A stretch of DNA of 63,331 nucleotides, filler included, from Thraustochytrium aureum (lineage: Eukaryota): NCBI GenBank assembly GCA_012862495.1. It is 8 parts of 5 records of this genome, joined end to end, with 100 filler letters (N's around TTAATTAATTAA, not from the genome) between each part and the next. Parts side by side here need not be neighbours in the genome. Positions count along the whole stretch, not along the records: positions 23,966 to 28,830 come from BLSG01000049.1; positions 28,931 to 38,753 come from BLSG01000049.1; 6 more parts are not named here. One strand, written 5' to 3'. Shown here in pieces: positions 24,216 through 35,640 of the stretch. The notes under the pieces are model-generated. The model was given only the letters and a program-made list of their open reading frames with translations. It did not search any database and was not told the origin of the DNA. The first letter of the stretch is position 1. Each line of letters starts with the position of its first letter. Both the position numbers and the translations under genes were made by a program.

Positions 24216-26010
24216 TCAAAGCTCTATTCTGCCAGAGTACCCGTTCGCTGCGGTCTCTCCGGCGTCGAGGTGGTGCGGGGGCTGCGGAAAGTACGCCTTG
24301 GCGGCTACAAACATGATCACCAGGAGCGCGAGGACCGCGAGGAGGGGCGCCAGGTTTGCAGAGCCCTCCTCTTCGTCGCTCGAAAGGCCAGTCCCGTGCG
24401 CACGCGCGTTCGCGGCCTTCCTCGCGGCTTCCGCGTTGGCCTTCTCTGCCACCTGAGCGGCGTTTGCCGCAGGGGTGGTTTGCGCAGTGACGAGCAGCGT
24501 GCCGTCCGCGTCCACGGCGAAGGTGACGGCGACAGCGAGCTCGCCGGCCTTGAAGCGGCTCCCGCCCTCGACGGGAAAGCTAATGCAGTCAATCCACCTG
24601 TTGTCGCGCGCGCGGGGCTCCTCGCCCTCAAAGACGTCAACCGTTACCCCGCGCTGGTAGTCCGAGTGCGTCAAGAAAACCTGCGTGCTCGCGCAGGGGA
24701 TTTTCGAGTTGCGAGGCAGCAACGGCGCGAAAGCGCCCGAGCCCGTCTCGAGGCCGATGCTGTATGGCAGGGCGTCGAGCATGAGCACTTTGGAGAGCGT
24801 GTACGTGTCGGCCCCCGTGAGGATGGCCGCCTGGATGGCGGCGCCCTGCGAGACGGCGCGGTCTCCGCGCACGTTGGTGCACAGCTCGTCGCTGTCAAAC
24901 TCGACCTTGACTACGTGGCGCACCCAGGGCATCTGCGTGGAGAGCCCCACGAGCACTACCTCGTCGATGTCGGCCGGCGCGAGGTGGGCGTCCTCGAGCG
25001 CTCCCCGGATGACCAGCCGGAGACGGTCGGCCAAGGGCCTGACCGCGGCCTCGAGCTCTTCGCGCGACAAGGTGACCTCGTCGGTCACCCACACCAGGTC
25101 CGTGTCCGAGAGCTTGATCTTGGCCCGCTCGCACTCGGCCTTGAGCGCGGACTTGGCCTTGTTGTCCAGCGAGCCCGGGTCGCGGCCCTGCTTGGCGCAA
25201 ACGATCTCCATCAGGAGGTAATCGACGTCGTCGCCGCCGAGCGCGTTGTCCCCGCCCAGGGCGAGGGCCTCGAAGCGGCCCGCGTCGATCTCGAGGATCG
25301 AGACGTCCAACGTTCCGCCGCCCATGTCGACCACCGCAACGTTTTTCCTGCCTGCCACGAACAGGCCGTACGCCATGGCGGCCGCCATGGGCTCGCTCAG
25401 CAGCCTCAGGACGCGCAGGCCGGCCTTTTCGGCCGCGAGCCTGGTCGCCGCCCGCTGGGCCTCGTTGAAGAACGCCGGGACGGTGACCACGGCAGCGCTC
25501 ACGGGGTGCTTCAGGCGGGCCTCGGCGGCCTCCTTCAGCCGCACGAGGAGGGCGGCAGCCACGGCTTCTGGCTCGACGCCGCGGGCGCTCAGCAGGCCGC
25601 TGCGCGAGGCACCCGAGGAGTATCTGCTCTTTGGAGGTGCTCGACTCGAAGATGGAGAACGCGGCGCGTCGCCTTTCTTCGTCAGTCACGCTGCCGAACC
25701 GGCGGCCGATCAGCCGCTTGGCGCTGGTGACGAGAGCGCCGTCCGCGTCGTTCTCGGCGGCGTTCGCTGCGCGTTCGAGCGCCTCTTCGCCGAGCGCGAC
25801 GATCTTGTTCGACGCGTCGAGCCACGCTGCCGACTTGAGCGTCTTCGGGCCGCCTTCGCTCAACCGCAGCGTCTTCGCCCTGTCTTTCCCGGGCAGCCAC
25901 ACTGACACGCACGAGTTGGTCGTGCCAAGATCGATCCCAACAGCCACCTCATCCTTGCCTTCGCGAGCGTCCTCCTTGGTCCACACGTCGCCCTTTTCCC
26001 TTGCGACCAT
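24216..26010 (-). CDS. Atypical Hsp70-family protein without helical lid or EEVD, with C-terminal TM anchor (frameshift ~25612)
   Basis: Motifs VGIDLGTTNSCV, SAKRLIGRRF, AVVTVPAFFNEAQRAAT, LLSEPMAAAMAYG, DMGGGTLDVS, LGGDDVD and SBD-beta LMLDALPYSIGLET...FEGEE...DNRWI are present. The protein ends LAPLLAVLALLVIMFVAAKAYF plus a short tail. Removing one G from GGG restores LLGASRSGLLSARGVEPEAV. Confidence 0.85.
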
Positions 26011-26374
26011 CCTCCAAGGCCGGCGCGACCAGCGGCGCCGACCCGAGGCGCGTCGACAACCGGCAGCGTCAAACACCGGCAGCGCCAGCGCGAGGCGCGT
26101 CAAACACCGGCAGCGTCAAGCCCGAGGCGCGTTCGAGGCCCGTTCTGGCGCGCCCGAGGCGCGTCCAGGCGCGTTCGAGCCCAGCGGTTCCAAATCGAGG
26201 CGCCGGCGTTACCGCAGCCGCCAGCTCCACGCCCAGTGCCAGCAGCGGCACGTCGAGGCGCGCTAAACCACCAGCAGTCAGTTACCCGTCCAGTCCCATC
26301 CGCAGGAGCTCCACTCGCGTCCGGCGTCTGCCCGCCCGTCCATGCAGAAAAAACCAAGCCAAATGCCCACAGAT

Positions 26375-26647
26375 TCAGGCATAAAAACCAGGCATACATC
26401 CAGGCATACATACAACCAGTTCAGGCATACAACCAGGCATACATCCAGGCATACATACAACCAGGCAGGCATACATACAACCAGGCAGGCATACATACAA
26501 CCAGGCATACAACCAGGCATACAACCAGGCATACAACCAGGCATACATCCAGGCATACATCCAGGTATACAGCACGTATACAGCAGGCAAGACGGCCAGC
26601 CAGGATACATTCAGGCATACATTCAGGCATACATTCAGGCATACAGC
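26375..26647. repeat. Minisatellite, 12-bp core CAGGCATACA(AC/TC/TT) with 16- and 20-bp variants
   Basis: About 18 copies of caggcataca read directly. It produces the spurious HTTR/QPGI/CMPG/YAW ORFs in the track. Confidence 0.9.
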
Positions 26648-27387
26648 TGGGCGCTCAAGCAGGCAGGGTACGCGCAGGGTCCTCGGCTGCCAGCGTGGCC
26701 TCCAGCGTGGCGCGTGAGCTGGCACAGACGAAGGCAGACTGGCCGAGCAAGTTGGTCCCGGCAGAGCTGTATCTTCGCGCGCGGTGGAGCTGCTGGCTGG
26801 AGCACACTCGGGTGCCGTTCTGCGTGGCTGCCGACTTTGCCTGGGTCAGCTGCGCGCGCAGGNNNNNNNNNNNNNNNNNNNNNNNNNNNNNNNNNNNNNN
26901 NNNNNNNNNNNNNNNNNNNNNNNNNNNNNNNNNNNNNNNNNNNNNNNNNNNNNNNNNNNNNNNNNNNNNNNNNNNNNNNNNNNNNNNNNNNNNNNNNNNN
27001 NNNNNNNNNNNNNNNNNNNNNNNNNNNNNNNNNNNNNNNNNNNNNNNNNNNNNNNNNNNNNNNNNNNNNNNNNNNNNNNNNNNNNNNNNNNNNNNNNNNN
27101 NNNNNNNNNNNNNNNNNNNNNNNNNNNNNNNNNNNNNNNNNNNNNNNNNNNNNNNNNNNNNNNNNNNNNNNNNNNNNNNNNNNNNNNNNNNNNNNNNNNN
27201 NNNNNNNNNNNNNNNNNNNNNNNNNNNNNNNNNNNNNNNNNNNNNNNNNNNNNNNNNNNNNNNNNNNNNNNNNNNNNNNNNNNNNNNNNNNNNNNNNNNN
27301 NNNNNNNNNNNNNNNNNNNNNNNNNNNNNNNNNNNNNNNNNNNNNNNNNNNNNNNNNNNNNNTGACGGTGCGCGCGAGCAGGTGGAG

Positions 27388-28009
27388 ATGAAGGTCCTGG
27401 AGTGGGCCGTGGCGGCCGTCGTCGTGGCAGCGGGCGTTGCCGCGACGAGCGGGGCGGATGCGAAGAAGGGGAGCGATTGCGAAGGTGAGTTCCAGCCAGA
27501 GTTGGGCGCGCCACACCGGACCCTTGCGGCTGACGCTGGACCCTTGCGGCTGACGCTGGACGCCGGCAGTCTGCGTGCGCATCCTCAGCCAGGTGGAGGA
27601 GCAGCTCAAGGTGGCTGAGAAGGCGGCCAAGGAGAGCGGGGCAAAGCTGGACAAGATGGAAAAGATCGAGAGCCTGATCGACGAGGTCTGCAACGCCGCG
27701 ACCTCGCAAACGGACAAGAAGGTCTGCTACTATCTCAAGCCAATCAAGCGAAAGGTCTCGCAGCCGATGAGCAACTATGCACCGGCAGACAGGGTCTGCA
27801 AAAAGCTCAAGAAGGAGTCGCCCGAGTTGTGCGCGGTCCGCGAGGCCGTCAAGGTGGAGAAGGGCAAGACCGACTACATGGAGCTCAAAATACGCGACCT
27901 GAAGAAGATCCTCATGGACCGCGGCGTGCAATGCGCCAACTGCCTCGAGAAAGCCGAGTTTGTCAAAAAGTGCCAGGAGACCGAGCACCTTGAGCGCGAC
28001 GAGCTCTAG
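27388..28009 (+). CDS. MANF: MANF/CDNF (ARMET) family ER protein; exons 27388-27484 and 27570-28009
   Basis: Signal peptide MKVLEWAVAAVVVAAGVAA. Splicing GTGAGT(27485)...GCTGAC...CAG(27569) restores DCEVCVRIL. Saposin-like Cys pattern (KKVCYYL, RVCKKLKKESPELC), SAP-like domain LKIRDLKKIL...CANCLEK, and C-terminal RDEL. Confidence 0.9.
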
Positions 28010-28930
28010 GCGAGCCCTCGGTCCTGCCCGCGAAAATAATCTAGCTTGGAGGAGCGACAGGCCTGCCGCGCATGTGCTCTCCACAGAAGCGATAGCTTGG
28101 CCTAGATGCGGGACGCGCCCGAAAGCAACGAATTGAAGCAAATGCAATCCCCCGAAACGCGCAAGCCGTTGCGGTGCAGCGCAGAGCGCGCTTTGCCTCT
28201 TGCGCTCTTGTTCGCCGATGGCAGGCTTGCAGTTCGCTCTTTTCCCCACTCGCTTGACGCTCTTGGAAGAGCGTCGCTCAAGCAAGCGCGGTCCACGCTC
28301 GCCCCTCCGCCCCGATGCCAACACATCGCTTCCAACGCGGTCGCGCCACCGCGCCGCGAAAGGCCCTTTACAATCAAGCACAACTGCGGACGACAAGACG
28401 ATAGGCCGAATTCGATGGCTTCGAGTCCAATGCGCCGCCGCCAGGAAACCCCCCCCGCCAAAGGGTTCTAGCAAGAGAGAGACAGAGTCCTACTTGTCGA
28501 GAGAGCAGATTGTTGGCTCATCATGGTTGGCTTCGTTTTTGCTGGTTTTTACTTACTACACTGTGACCCAAGAGCGTCGCCCAAGCAAGCGCGGCCCGCG
28601 CCCGTCCCCCGTCCCCCCCGTTGTCAAGTCATGGCTTCCGAAGAGCCCGGTGCAGAGAATTAGCGGCCCGCTGCGGAGCGCGAGCGACGCGCCTTTTTTG
28701 CCTTCTTTCCTTTGCTGCTGCTTCTGCCCTTGGCCGACTTGTCCTCGCTTTGGCTCGGGCTGCGACCGCGGCGCGGCGTTGTCCCGTTGCCCAGCTTTGG
28801 GGTCTTCGGCCTCGGTGCCCTCTCACTATCNNNNNNNNNNNNNNNNNNNNNNNNNNNNNNNNNNNNNNNNNNNNTTAATTAATTAANNNNNNNNNNNNNN
28901 NNNNNNNNNNNNNNNNNNNNNNNNNNNNNN

Positions 28931-30651
28931 TAGAACGGGTTGACCTGGTCCCACTTTGGTTGCGGCTTGCTTGCGTCTCGGATGTTGCGGCACAAAAACC
29001 GGTCTTCACTGTATGCAGTATTAATGCGAGACTCTCTGTACTCGTTTGTCCAGGACTCGTCAGAGCACGGCCCGTTGACGAGGTACTTTGTGGAGCTCCA
29101 AGGTAGCGTCGCGATCCCGTATGCCTCAACCCAGCTCCTCTGCGGATCGTCGCAGCTGTACTCTTTGCCATTGAGCGTAAACGTTTTGGCGATCTTCAGG
29201 CTGCGATGCTGCATGTAGAAGTGCAGCCGTTGCATTTGCGCATCGAGGTTGCCCAGCAGCATGCGGTAGTTTTTCGGCAGGAACGGAAAATAGTCGTAGA
29301 CCGCGCCGAGCGCTTCCAGGTTCGCAAGGAGGGCATGGAGCGCGAGCACTTCCTCGGTGGCGCAGCCGATCACGGCGCCGAGCGCTGCGAAGCGAGACTG
29401 CGACGTCTTGAGCTTGTCCCTGCACGAGTCGATGCTTTCCACCCGAGCAGCGCAGTCCTCGTCCATCGTGCAATCCTCCACAGCGTAATTGGCATAGCCT
29501 TCCCGCCTCATCTTGGTGCTGTGGTTGATGCACGCCTTGTGGGCCGCGTCTCCGTACTTGTCCTCGGGTATGCTTCCTTGGTGCGGGCAAGGGTACCAGT
29601 ACGCTCTGTCGGTAGGTGTCCAAGCCGAGTCGTAGTTGTCGGTCATGTATGGGCTGGGCCTTTCAAAGTCTATCTTCTCCGGGTTGGCGGCCCAGCGGTC
29701 GAAGGGCACAGTCATGAGCGCACACGCATCCGAGCACGCAGACGCCGCCGGGCTCGTGTCCACGAGCGAGTCGGTTTCAATCGCCGTGTCGATCGACATG
29801 TACAGCTTCGCGGTCTCGCCGATCAGTCGTTTGACTTGGTCAACCCCGTCCAGAATGGCGTCGGCCACGGTGCTCTTGTCCTCATCGGTCTCGAGTTTCT
29901 TAGGCCGGTAGTAGGCGATGTCGATGTATATGCTGCTCACCTCGGCCTTGATGGCTGTGCACTGCATGAGGAGTTCCTTCTTGGTGTCTGCCGCGGCGAA
30001 GTCTTGAATCTCCTTGTGGATTGCCTCGGTAACCACCTCGCGAATGCTCTCGATCGTGAGAGGATCCTCTGGATTTGACGTGCTCGAGAACATGCCAAAG
30101 ATGCCCCCAAAGATGCTAAAGGCGAGTCCGAAGGCCTGGCCGCCGGGAATGGCCATGGCGATGGCGCTGATCGTGGATAAGCCAGCCCCCACCGCAGCGC
30201 CCGGATCACCAGACTCTATCGCCTCGATAACACTCAAAAGCCCGTCTGCGCCAGCCGAAATCGCGTCCAGTTTGACTTGGCTTGAGCTGGCAAACTCCTG
30301 CTTCATCTTACTCCAGCTCGCAACGTTATCCTCGTATGTATCCAGCGTTGACTCGAGCGCTAGCCGCGTCTTGTCGTCGGTGGCCTTTGCAACCTTTGAA
30401 GCGAGGGCCGACTCGAAGGACTTGGCCGAGTCTACAAACTTGTCGCCTGCCTCGCCAAAGTTTGCAGACGAAAACTTGTCGCGCATCGCCTTGTACTTTG
30501 CGTCATCGGGTGCGTCGGCCGGGCTCTCGAGCAGAGTGGCTTGGTTCTGGTCGCGCCCGATGAGGCGGCCTGTGCAAGGTGCTGCAAGCTCCTGTAGCAT
30601 CGCAAATGCCAGAATGATCGCGATCATCGCGGGCCGAACGGAAGCGCGCAT
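28931..30651 (-). CDS. Secreted protein, jellyfish-toxin/Cry-like alpha-pore-forming toxin candidate, paralog A (about 20 C-terminal aa lost at scaffold end)
   Basis: Signal peptide MRASVRPAMIAIILAFAML; amphipathic helices; Gly-rich hydrophobic hairpin SGDPGAAVGAGLSTISAIAMAIPGGQAFGLAFSIFGGIFGMFSST; Cys/aromatic-rich C-terminal half. Colinear with paralog B. Confidence 0.75.
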
Positions 30652-31606
30652 TTTGCCCTTTTTTTTCTCGTTTCGTNNNNNNNNNNNNNNNNNNNNNNNN
30701 NNNNNNNNNNNNNNNNNNNNNNNNNNNNNNNNNNNNNNNNNNNNNNNNNNNNNNNNNNNNNNNNNNNNNNNNNNNNNNNNNNNNNNNNNNNNNNNNNNNN
30801 NNNNNNNNNNNNNNNNNNNNNNNNNNNNNNNNNNNNNNNNNNNNNNNNNNNNNNNNNNNNNNNNNNNNNNNNNNNNNNNNNNNNNNNNNNNNNNNNNNNN
30901 NNNNNNNNNNNNNNNNNNNNNNNNNNNNNNNNNNNNNNNNNNNNNNNNNNNNNNNNNNNNNNNNNNNNNNNNNNNNNNNNNNNNNNNNNNNNNNNNNNNN
31001 NNNNNNNNNNNNNNNNNNNNNNNNNNNNNNNNNNNNNNNNNNNNNNNNNNNNNNNNNNNNNNNNNNNNNNNNNNNNNNNNNNNNNNNNNNNNNNNNNNNN
31101 NNNNNNNNNNNNNNNNNNNNNNNNNNNNNNNNNNNNNNNNNNNNNNNNNNNNNNNNNNNNNNNNNNNNNNNNNNNNNNNNNNNNNNNNNNNNNNNNNNNN
31201 NNNNNNNNNNNNNNNNNNNNNNNNNNNNNNNNNNNNNNNNNNNNNNNNNNNNNNNNNNNNNNNNNNNNCTGCGCCTGCGACTCGAACGATAGGCGGGTTG
31301 CAAGCGCGCCAGCGACTTGACTGCAAGCAAGTGTCAACGAGTCGCTGTGGTTCACTCAACGAGGAATCGGTGGCGGGTAGCGCTAGCTAGTTTGCACGAG
31401 CAACTGGACCGTCGGCTGGCACGCGGCCTCGGCGCGGACTGGTGGTGCAAGGCGCATACCTCCAGCCTCTCGAGCTACTAGCTAGTAGAGAGAAATCCAG
31501 ACTGGCTGGCGCTGGTTGGCTTTTATTTTTGGTGTATGGCGTTCCATCGCTGTGCAGATCGAAGTGAGCTGTCCGGAATGGACACACGCTGTGAATCTGG
31601 CACTAC

Positions 31607-33391
31607 TTAGATCGCCGCGGGGAGCTGGAAAACGTCGTTCCACTTGGCGCTCGTGTACGCCTTGTAGTCGTAGAACGGGTTGATCTGGTCCCACTTGGGC
31701 TGCGGCAGACCCGCGTCTTGGATTTTGCTGCACCGAAACCGATCCTCACCGTACGCCGTCTTGACGCTGTTGGTATCGGGGCTGAACGCGCTCCACCAGT
31801 TTTCGTCAGAGCACGGCCCATTGACGAGGTACTTTGTGTTGGCGCTTCCAGACATCAACTTGACCCCGAAAACCTCGACCCAGCGCCTCTGGCGGTCGTC
31901 GCAGCTGTACTCTTTGCCATTGAGCGTAAAGGCCTTTGCGATCGAGAGACTGCGATGCTGCATAAAGAAATGCAGCCGCTGCATCTGCGCATCGAGGTTG
32001 CCCAACAGCATGCGGTAGTTTTGCGACATGAACGGGAAGTAGTCGTACACCGCGCCGAGCGCCTCCAAGTTCGAAACAAGAACATGGAGAGCGAGCACAT
32101 CTTCAGTAGCGCAGCCGATGACCTCGCCGAGCGCCGCGAAGCGCGACTGCGACGTCTTGAGCCTCTCCCTGCACGCGTTGATGTCGGCCACGCGAGACGC
32201 GCACTCCCCATTCATGGTGCACTGCTCCTTGGTGCACGTCGTCTCGCCACAAATTGTGTAGCGGGTGCTGTGACCGATGCATCCTTTGTAGCGCGCGGTG
32301 CCGTACCGGTCGTCCGGCATTGTCTGGTCATACGGGCACGGGTACCAGTAGGCCTGGTCGCTCGGGCTCCAAAACGATTGGTAGTTGTCAGTCATGAACG
32401 GGCCGGGGTGTTCGTAGTCGACGTCCTCCGGGTGGTCTGCCCAGCGCTCAAACGGCACGGTCATGAGAGAGCAGGCGTCATAGCACGCAGAGGCGGCTGG
32501 GTCAGTGTCAACGAGAGAGTTGGTTTCAATTGCGACATCGATCGACGAATACAGTATCGCTGTCTCGTCGATCAGGTCTTTTACCTTGCCGACAGCGTCG
32601 AGGATGGCGGCGGACACGGTGTTCTTGTCCTTGGCGGTGTCAAACGACTGCGGCTGATAGTAGGCGATGTCGATGTACACGCTGCTCACCCTGGAGCGGA
32701 CCTTTCCGCACTCCATGAGGAGGTCCTTCTTGGTGTCTGCCGCGGCAAAGTCTTGGATCTCTTTGTGGATAGCCTCGGTAACCACCTTCTGGATGTCGGC
32801 TATGGAGAGAGGGTTTGCTGGGTTGGCTGTGCTTGAGAACAAGCCGATGATCCCGCCAAAGATGCTGAAGGCGATTCCGAATGCTTGGCCGCCGGGGATC
32901 ACCATGGCGATGGCGCCGATCGCACTAAGGCCGGCTCCCACGGCGCCGGCCGCATCGTCCGCCTTGATCGCCTTGACGACATCTTGAAGACCAGCGATGC
33001 CATCCGTGATCGCCTTGGTCTTGGCGTCGTCCGAGAGCGCAAAACCCGTTTTGGACTCGCTCCAGCTGGTGAGTTTCTTGTTGTAGTCTGCAAGAGTGGC
33101 TGTGAGTGCCTTCTTTGCGCTTGCGTCCGTGGTCGAGGCGATTTTTTCCGCCAGGGCCGTCTCGAATTCCCTGGCTGCGTCCACGAATTTGTCCCCTGCC
33201 ATGCCAAAGTTTGCCGCGGAGAACTTTTCTCGCATCGCCGCGTACTTGGCATCGTCCGACAGGGCAGTGCTCTCGAGGAGAACGATCTGCTTGTGGCTGG
33301 CCCCCGCGAGGCGGCTTGAGCAGTTCCCCGGCAAGTCCAACAGCATCAACACGACGATGATTGCCACCGCCGCAGGGTGCGCGGCTCGCAT
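31607..33391 (-). CDS. Secreted protein, jellyfish-toxin/Cry-like alpha-pore-forming toxin candidate, paralog B (complete)
   Basis: Signal peptide MRAAHPAAVAIIVVLMLL; hairpin DAAGAVGAGLSAIGAIAMVIPGGQAFGIAFSIFGGIIGLFSST. Long stretches are identical to paralog A (VVTEAIHKEIQDFAAADTKK, NYRMLLGNLDAQMQRLHF). Ends NDVFQLPAAI-stop. Confidence 0.75.
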   Translation of the reverse strand: MRAAHPAAVAIIVVLMLLDLPGNCSSRLAGASHKQIVLLESTALSDDAKYAAMREKFSAANFGMAGDKFVDAAREFETALAEKIASTTDASAKKALTATLADYNKKLTSWSESKTGFALSDDAKTKAITDGIAGLQDVVKAIKADDAAGAVGAGLSAIGAIAMVIPGGQAFGIAFSIFGGIIGLFSSTANPANPLSIADIQKVVTEAIHKEIQDFAAADTKKDLLMECGKVRSRVSSVYIDIAYYQPQSFDTAKDKNTVSAAILDAVGKVKDLIDETAILYSSIDVAIETNSLVDTDPAASACYDACSLMTVPFERWADHPEDVDYEHPGPFMTDNYQSFWSPSDQAYWYPCPYDQTMPDDRYGTARYKGCIGHSTRYTICGETTCTKEQCTMNGECASRVADINACRERLKTSQSRFAALGEVIGCATEDVLALHVLVSNLEALGAVYDYFPFMSQNYRMLLGNLDAQMQRLHFFMQHRSLSIAKAFTLNGKEYSCDDRQRRWVEVFGVKLMSGSANTKYLVNGPCSDENWWSAFSPDTNSVKTAYGEDRFRCSKIQDAGLPQPKWDQINPFYDYKAYTSAKWNDVFQLPAAI

Positions 33392-33985
33392 TGAACGACG
33401 CATTCTGGCAGGCAGTGCTTGCGCGGGTCCAGCTCGTCCTCTTGCTCTCGACAGGCCGTGTACTTGTCTGTTGTGCTCGTCGTGGGCGCAAAGGGAACTG
33501 CCAATCGCAAACNNNNNNNNNNNNNNNNNNNNNNNNNNNNNNNNNNNNNNNNNNNNNNNNNNNNNNNNNNNNNNNNNNNNNNNNNNNNNNNNNNNNNNNN
33601 NNNNNNNNNNNNNNNNNNNNNNNNNNNNNNNNNNNNNNNNNNNNNNNNNNNNNNNNNNNNNNNNNNNNNNNNNNNNNNNNNNNNNNNNNNNNNNNNNNNN
33701 NNNNNNNNNNNNNNNNNNNNNNNNNNNNNNNNNNNNCAGGCTGAGCTGAGCGAGCCCCCATCTGGTCAAAATCGCTGCTCTGAAGTCGTCGTTTTCCAAA
33801 GGCTTGCAAGGTGTGGTACTACTAGGAGTACAACTGGTACGTGCGCGGACCTGCACGGCGCCTGGTGCTGCGGAATCGCAGTCGGTATTCCGTTCCGGAG
33901 CTCAATCAAGCTTCCTTCAAGTTGGTTCGAACTTCGAACTTGGAAACAATCTCCTTCGATCACGATGCCGCCATGATGACGGACC

Positions 33986-34019
33986 CACTGCACTGCACTG
34001 CGCTGCACTGCACTGCACG
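33986..34019. repeat. (CACTG)n microsatellite
   Basis: cactgcactgcactgcgctgcactgcactgcacg read directly. Confidence 0.75.
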
Positions 34020-34540
34020 CATGGTGCATGCCAAGAGGGGTCCAAGGGCGTGCGAACGCATTGACCTGTTGACCATGAGCGAGCGTCCCAAGCGCGTCCC
34101 ACGCACGCGAAACCCAACTGAAGAGAACGGTCGCACCCCCGTTGCTGAACATGCACGCTCTCGACCAGCAACTGTCATCATCACCGCGAAGGGCGAAAAG
34201 CTGCCGTGCGGCAGCACCAGGCTTAACGACGAACGACGCAACGCGGGACTCGCTCGATGTCGGGCGTTGCCCCAGGAGGCCGGCCGACCACCACCACCGC
34301 CAGGATTCATTGACTTCATTCATTCACTCTTGAAAGATCATTCCTGCGCGCTCGCGTCACGGTGGGCCGCCACCGCGTCCAGGCCGGACGCGTGGCGCGC
34401 GTCGAGTGCATTTGTGCAGCGGGCTTTCGAGGGGCCGCTCGATTGGTTTTTTGGCTTGATCTGGCGCGGGCAGGACTCTACAGATTCGATCGTGGCTCCG
34501 TGCTGCTGAGCGCCTGGGCAGTCTGTGCAGCGAACGGAGC

Positions 34541-35432
34541 ATGCGGCTGATCATCGAGCAAGATGCCGCCGGCGTGGCCAACTGGGTTGCGGCGTACGTG
34601 CGCAAAAGGATCATGGAGTTCGCGCCGACGCCAGACAGGCCGTTCGTGCTCGGGCTTCCCACCGGGAGCTCGCCGCTTGGGACGTACAAGGTGAGTCGCG
34701 GACGCTGCGCGCGCGAGGCTCGTTGGCGCGCGCGCTGACGGCGCCGTTGCCGAGGCGCAGCGGCTCGTGGAGATGCACAAAGCTGGCGAGCTGAGCTTTG
34801 AGCACGTCGTGACGTTCAACATGGACGAGTACGTCGGCATCCCAGAGGACCACCCGGAGAGCTACCACTCGTTCATGCGGTCCAACCTGTTCGACCACGT
34901 CGACATCAAGCCGGAGAATATCCACATCCTGAACGGGAACGCGGCCGACCTGGACAAGGAGTGCAGCGAGTACGAACGCAAGATCGAGTCGTTCGGCGGC
35001 GTCGAGCTGTTCCTGGGCGGCATCGGGCCCGACGGGCACATTGCCTTCAACGAGCCGGGCTCGTCGCTCTCGTCGAGGACCCGCATCAAGACCCTGGCGT
35101 ACGACACGATCGTGGCCAACTCGCGCTTCTTTGGCGGGGACCTGTCCAAGGTCCCAAAGATGGCTCTGACCGTCGGCGTTGGCACGGTGATGGCGTCGCG
35201 CGAGGTTTTGATCATTATCATAGGGATATCAAAGTCGTTGGCCCTCGCAAAGTGCATCGAGGAGGGCGTCTCGCACATGTGGACCGTCTCTGCGATCCAG
35301 CAGCACCCCCGCTCGTGCATTGTCTGCGACGAGGACGCGACGATGGAGCTCCGCGTCAAGACGGTCAAGTACTTTAAGGGCCTCCAGCAGACGAGCCGCG
35401 AGCTCAACCAGGAGAGCGGGCACACGGCCTGA
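34541..35432 (+). CDS. GNPDA: Glucosamine-6-phosphate deaminase; exons 34541-34690 and 34761-35432
   Basis: MRLII...[17 protein letters not shown], then a 70-nt phase-0 intron GTGAGT...GCTGAC...GCAG, then RLVEMHK...[10 protein letters not shown]...[18 protein letters not shown]...ALTVGVGTV...[10 protein letters not shown]. Confidence 0.95.
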
Positions 35433-35640
35433 CGGTCCGGGGCGCGCACAGTACAGTGCCAGCAAGCTGCGCAACCAGCGCAGTTTACAAGCAGTAGAGA
35501 ATAGATTACCTACCATACCTGCCCTACACTTTGACAGATGTTGTTCGGTCGTCGCGGGTCTTTTCGCGCCACGCCTGCTCTACCTAGAGGCAGCTCCGCG
35601 CGAAATCCCCGCGCGCACAGATCCGGCTTGAATATCAGCT

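Noticed and set aside
33738..33860. LENDDFRAAILTRWGL resembling a non-LTR retrotransposon C-terminal motif
   Set aside because: Too short, runs into a gap, and has no supporting RT or zinc-knuckle sequence.
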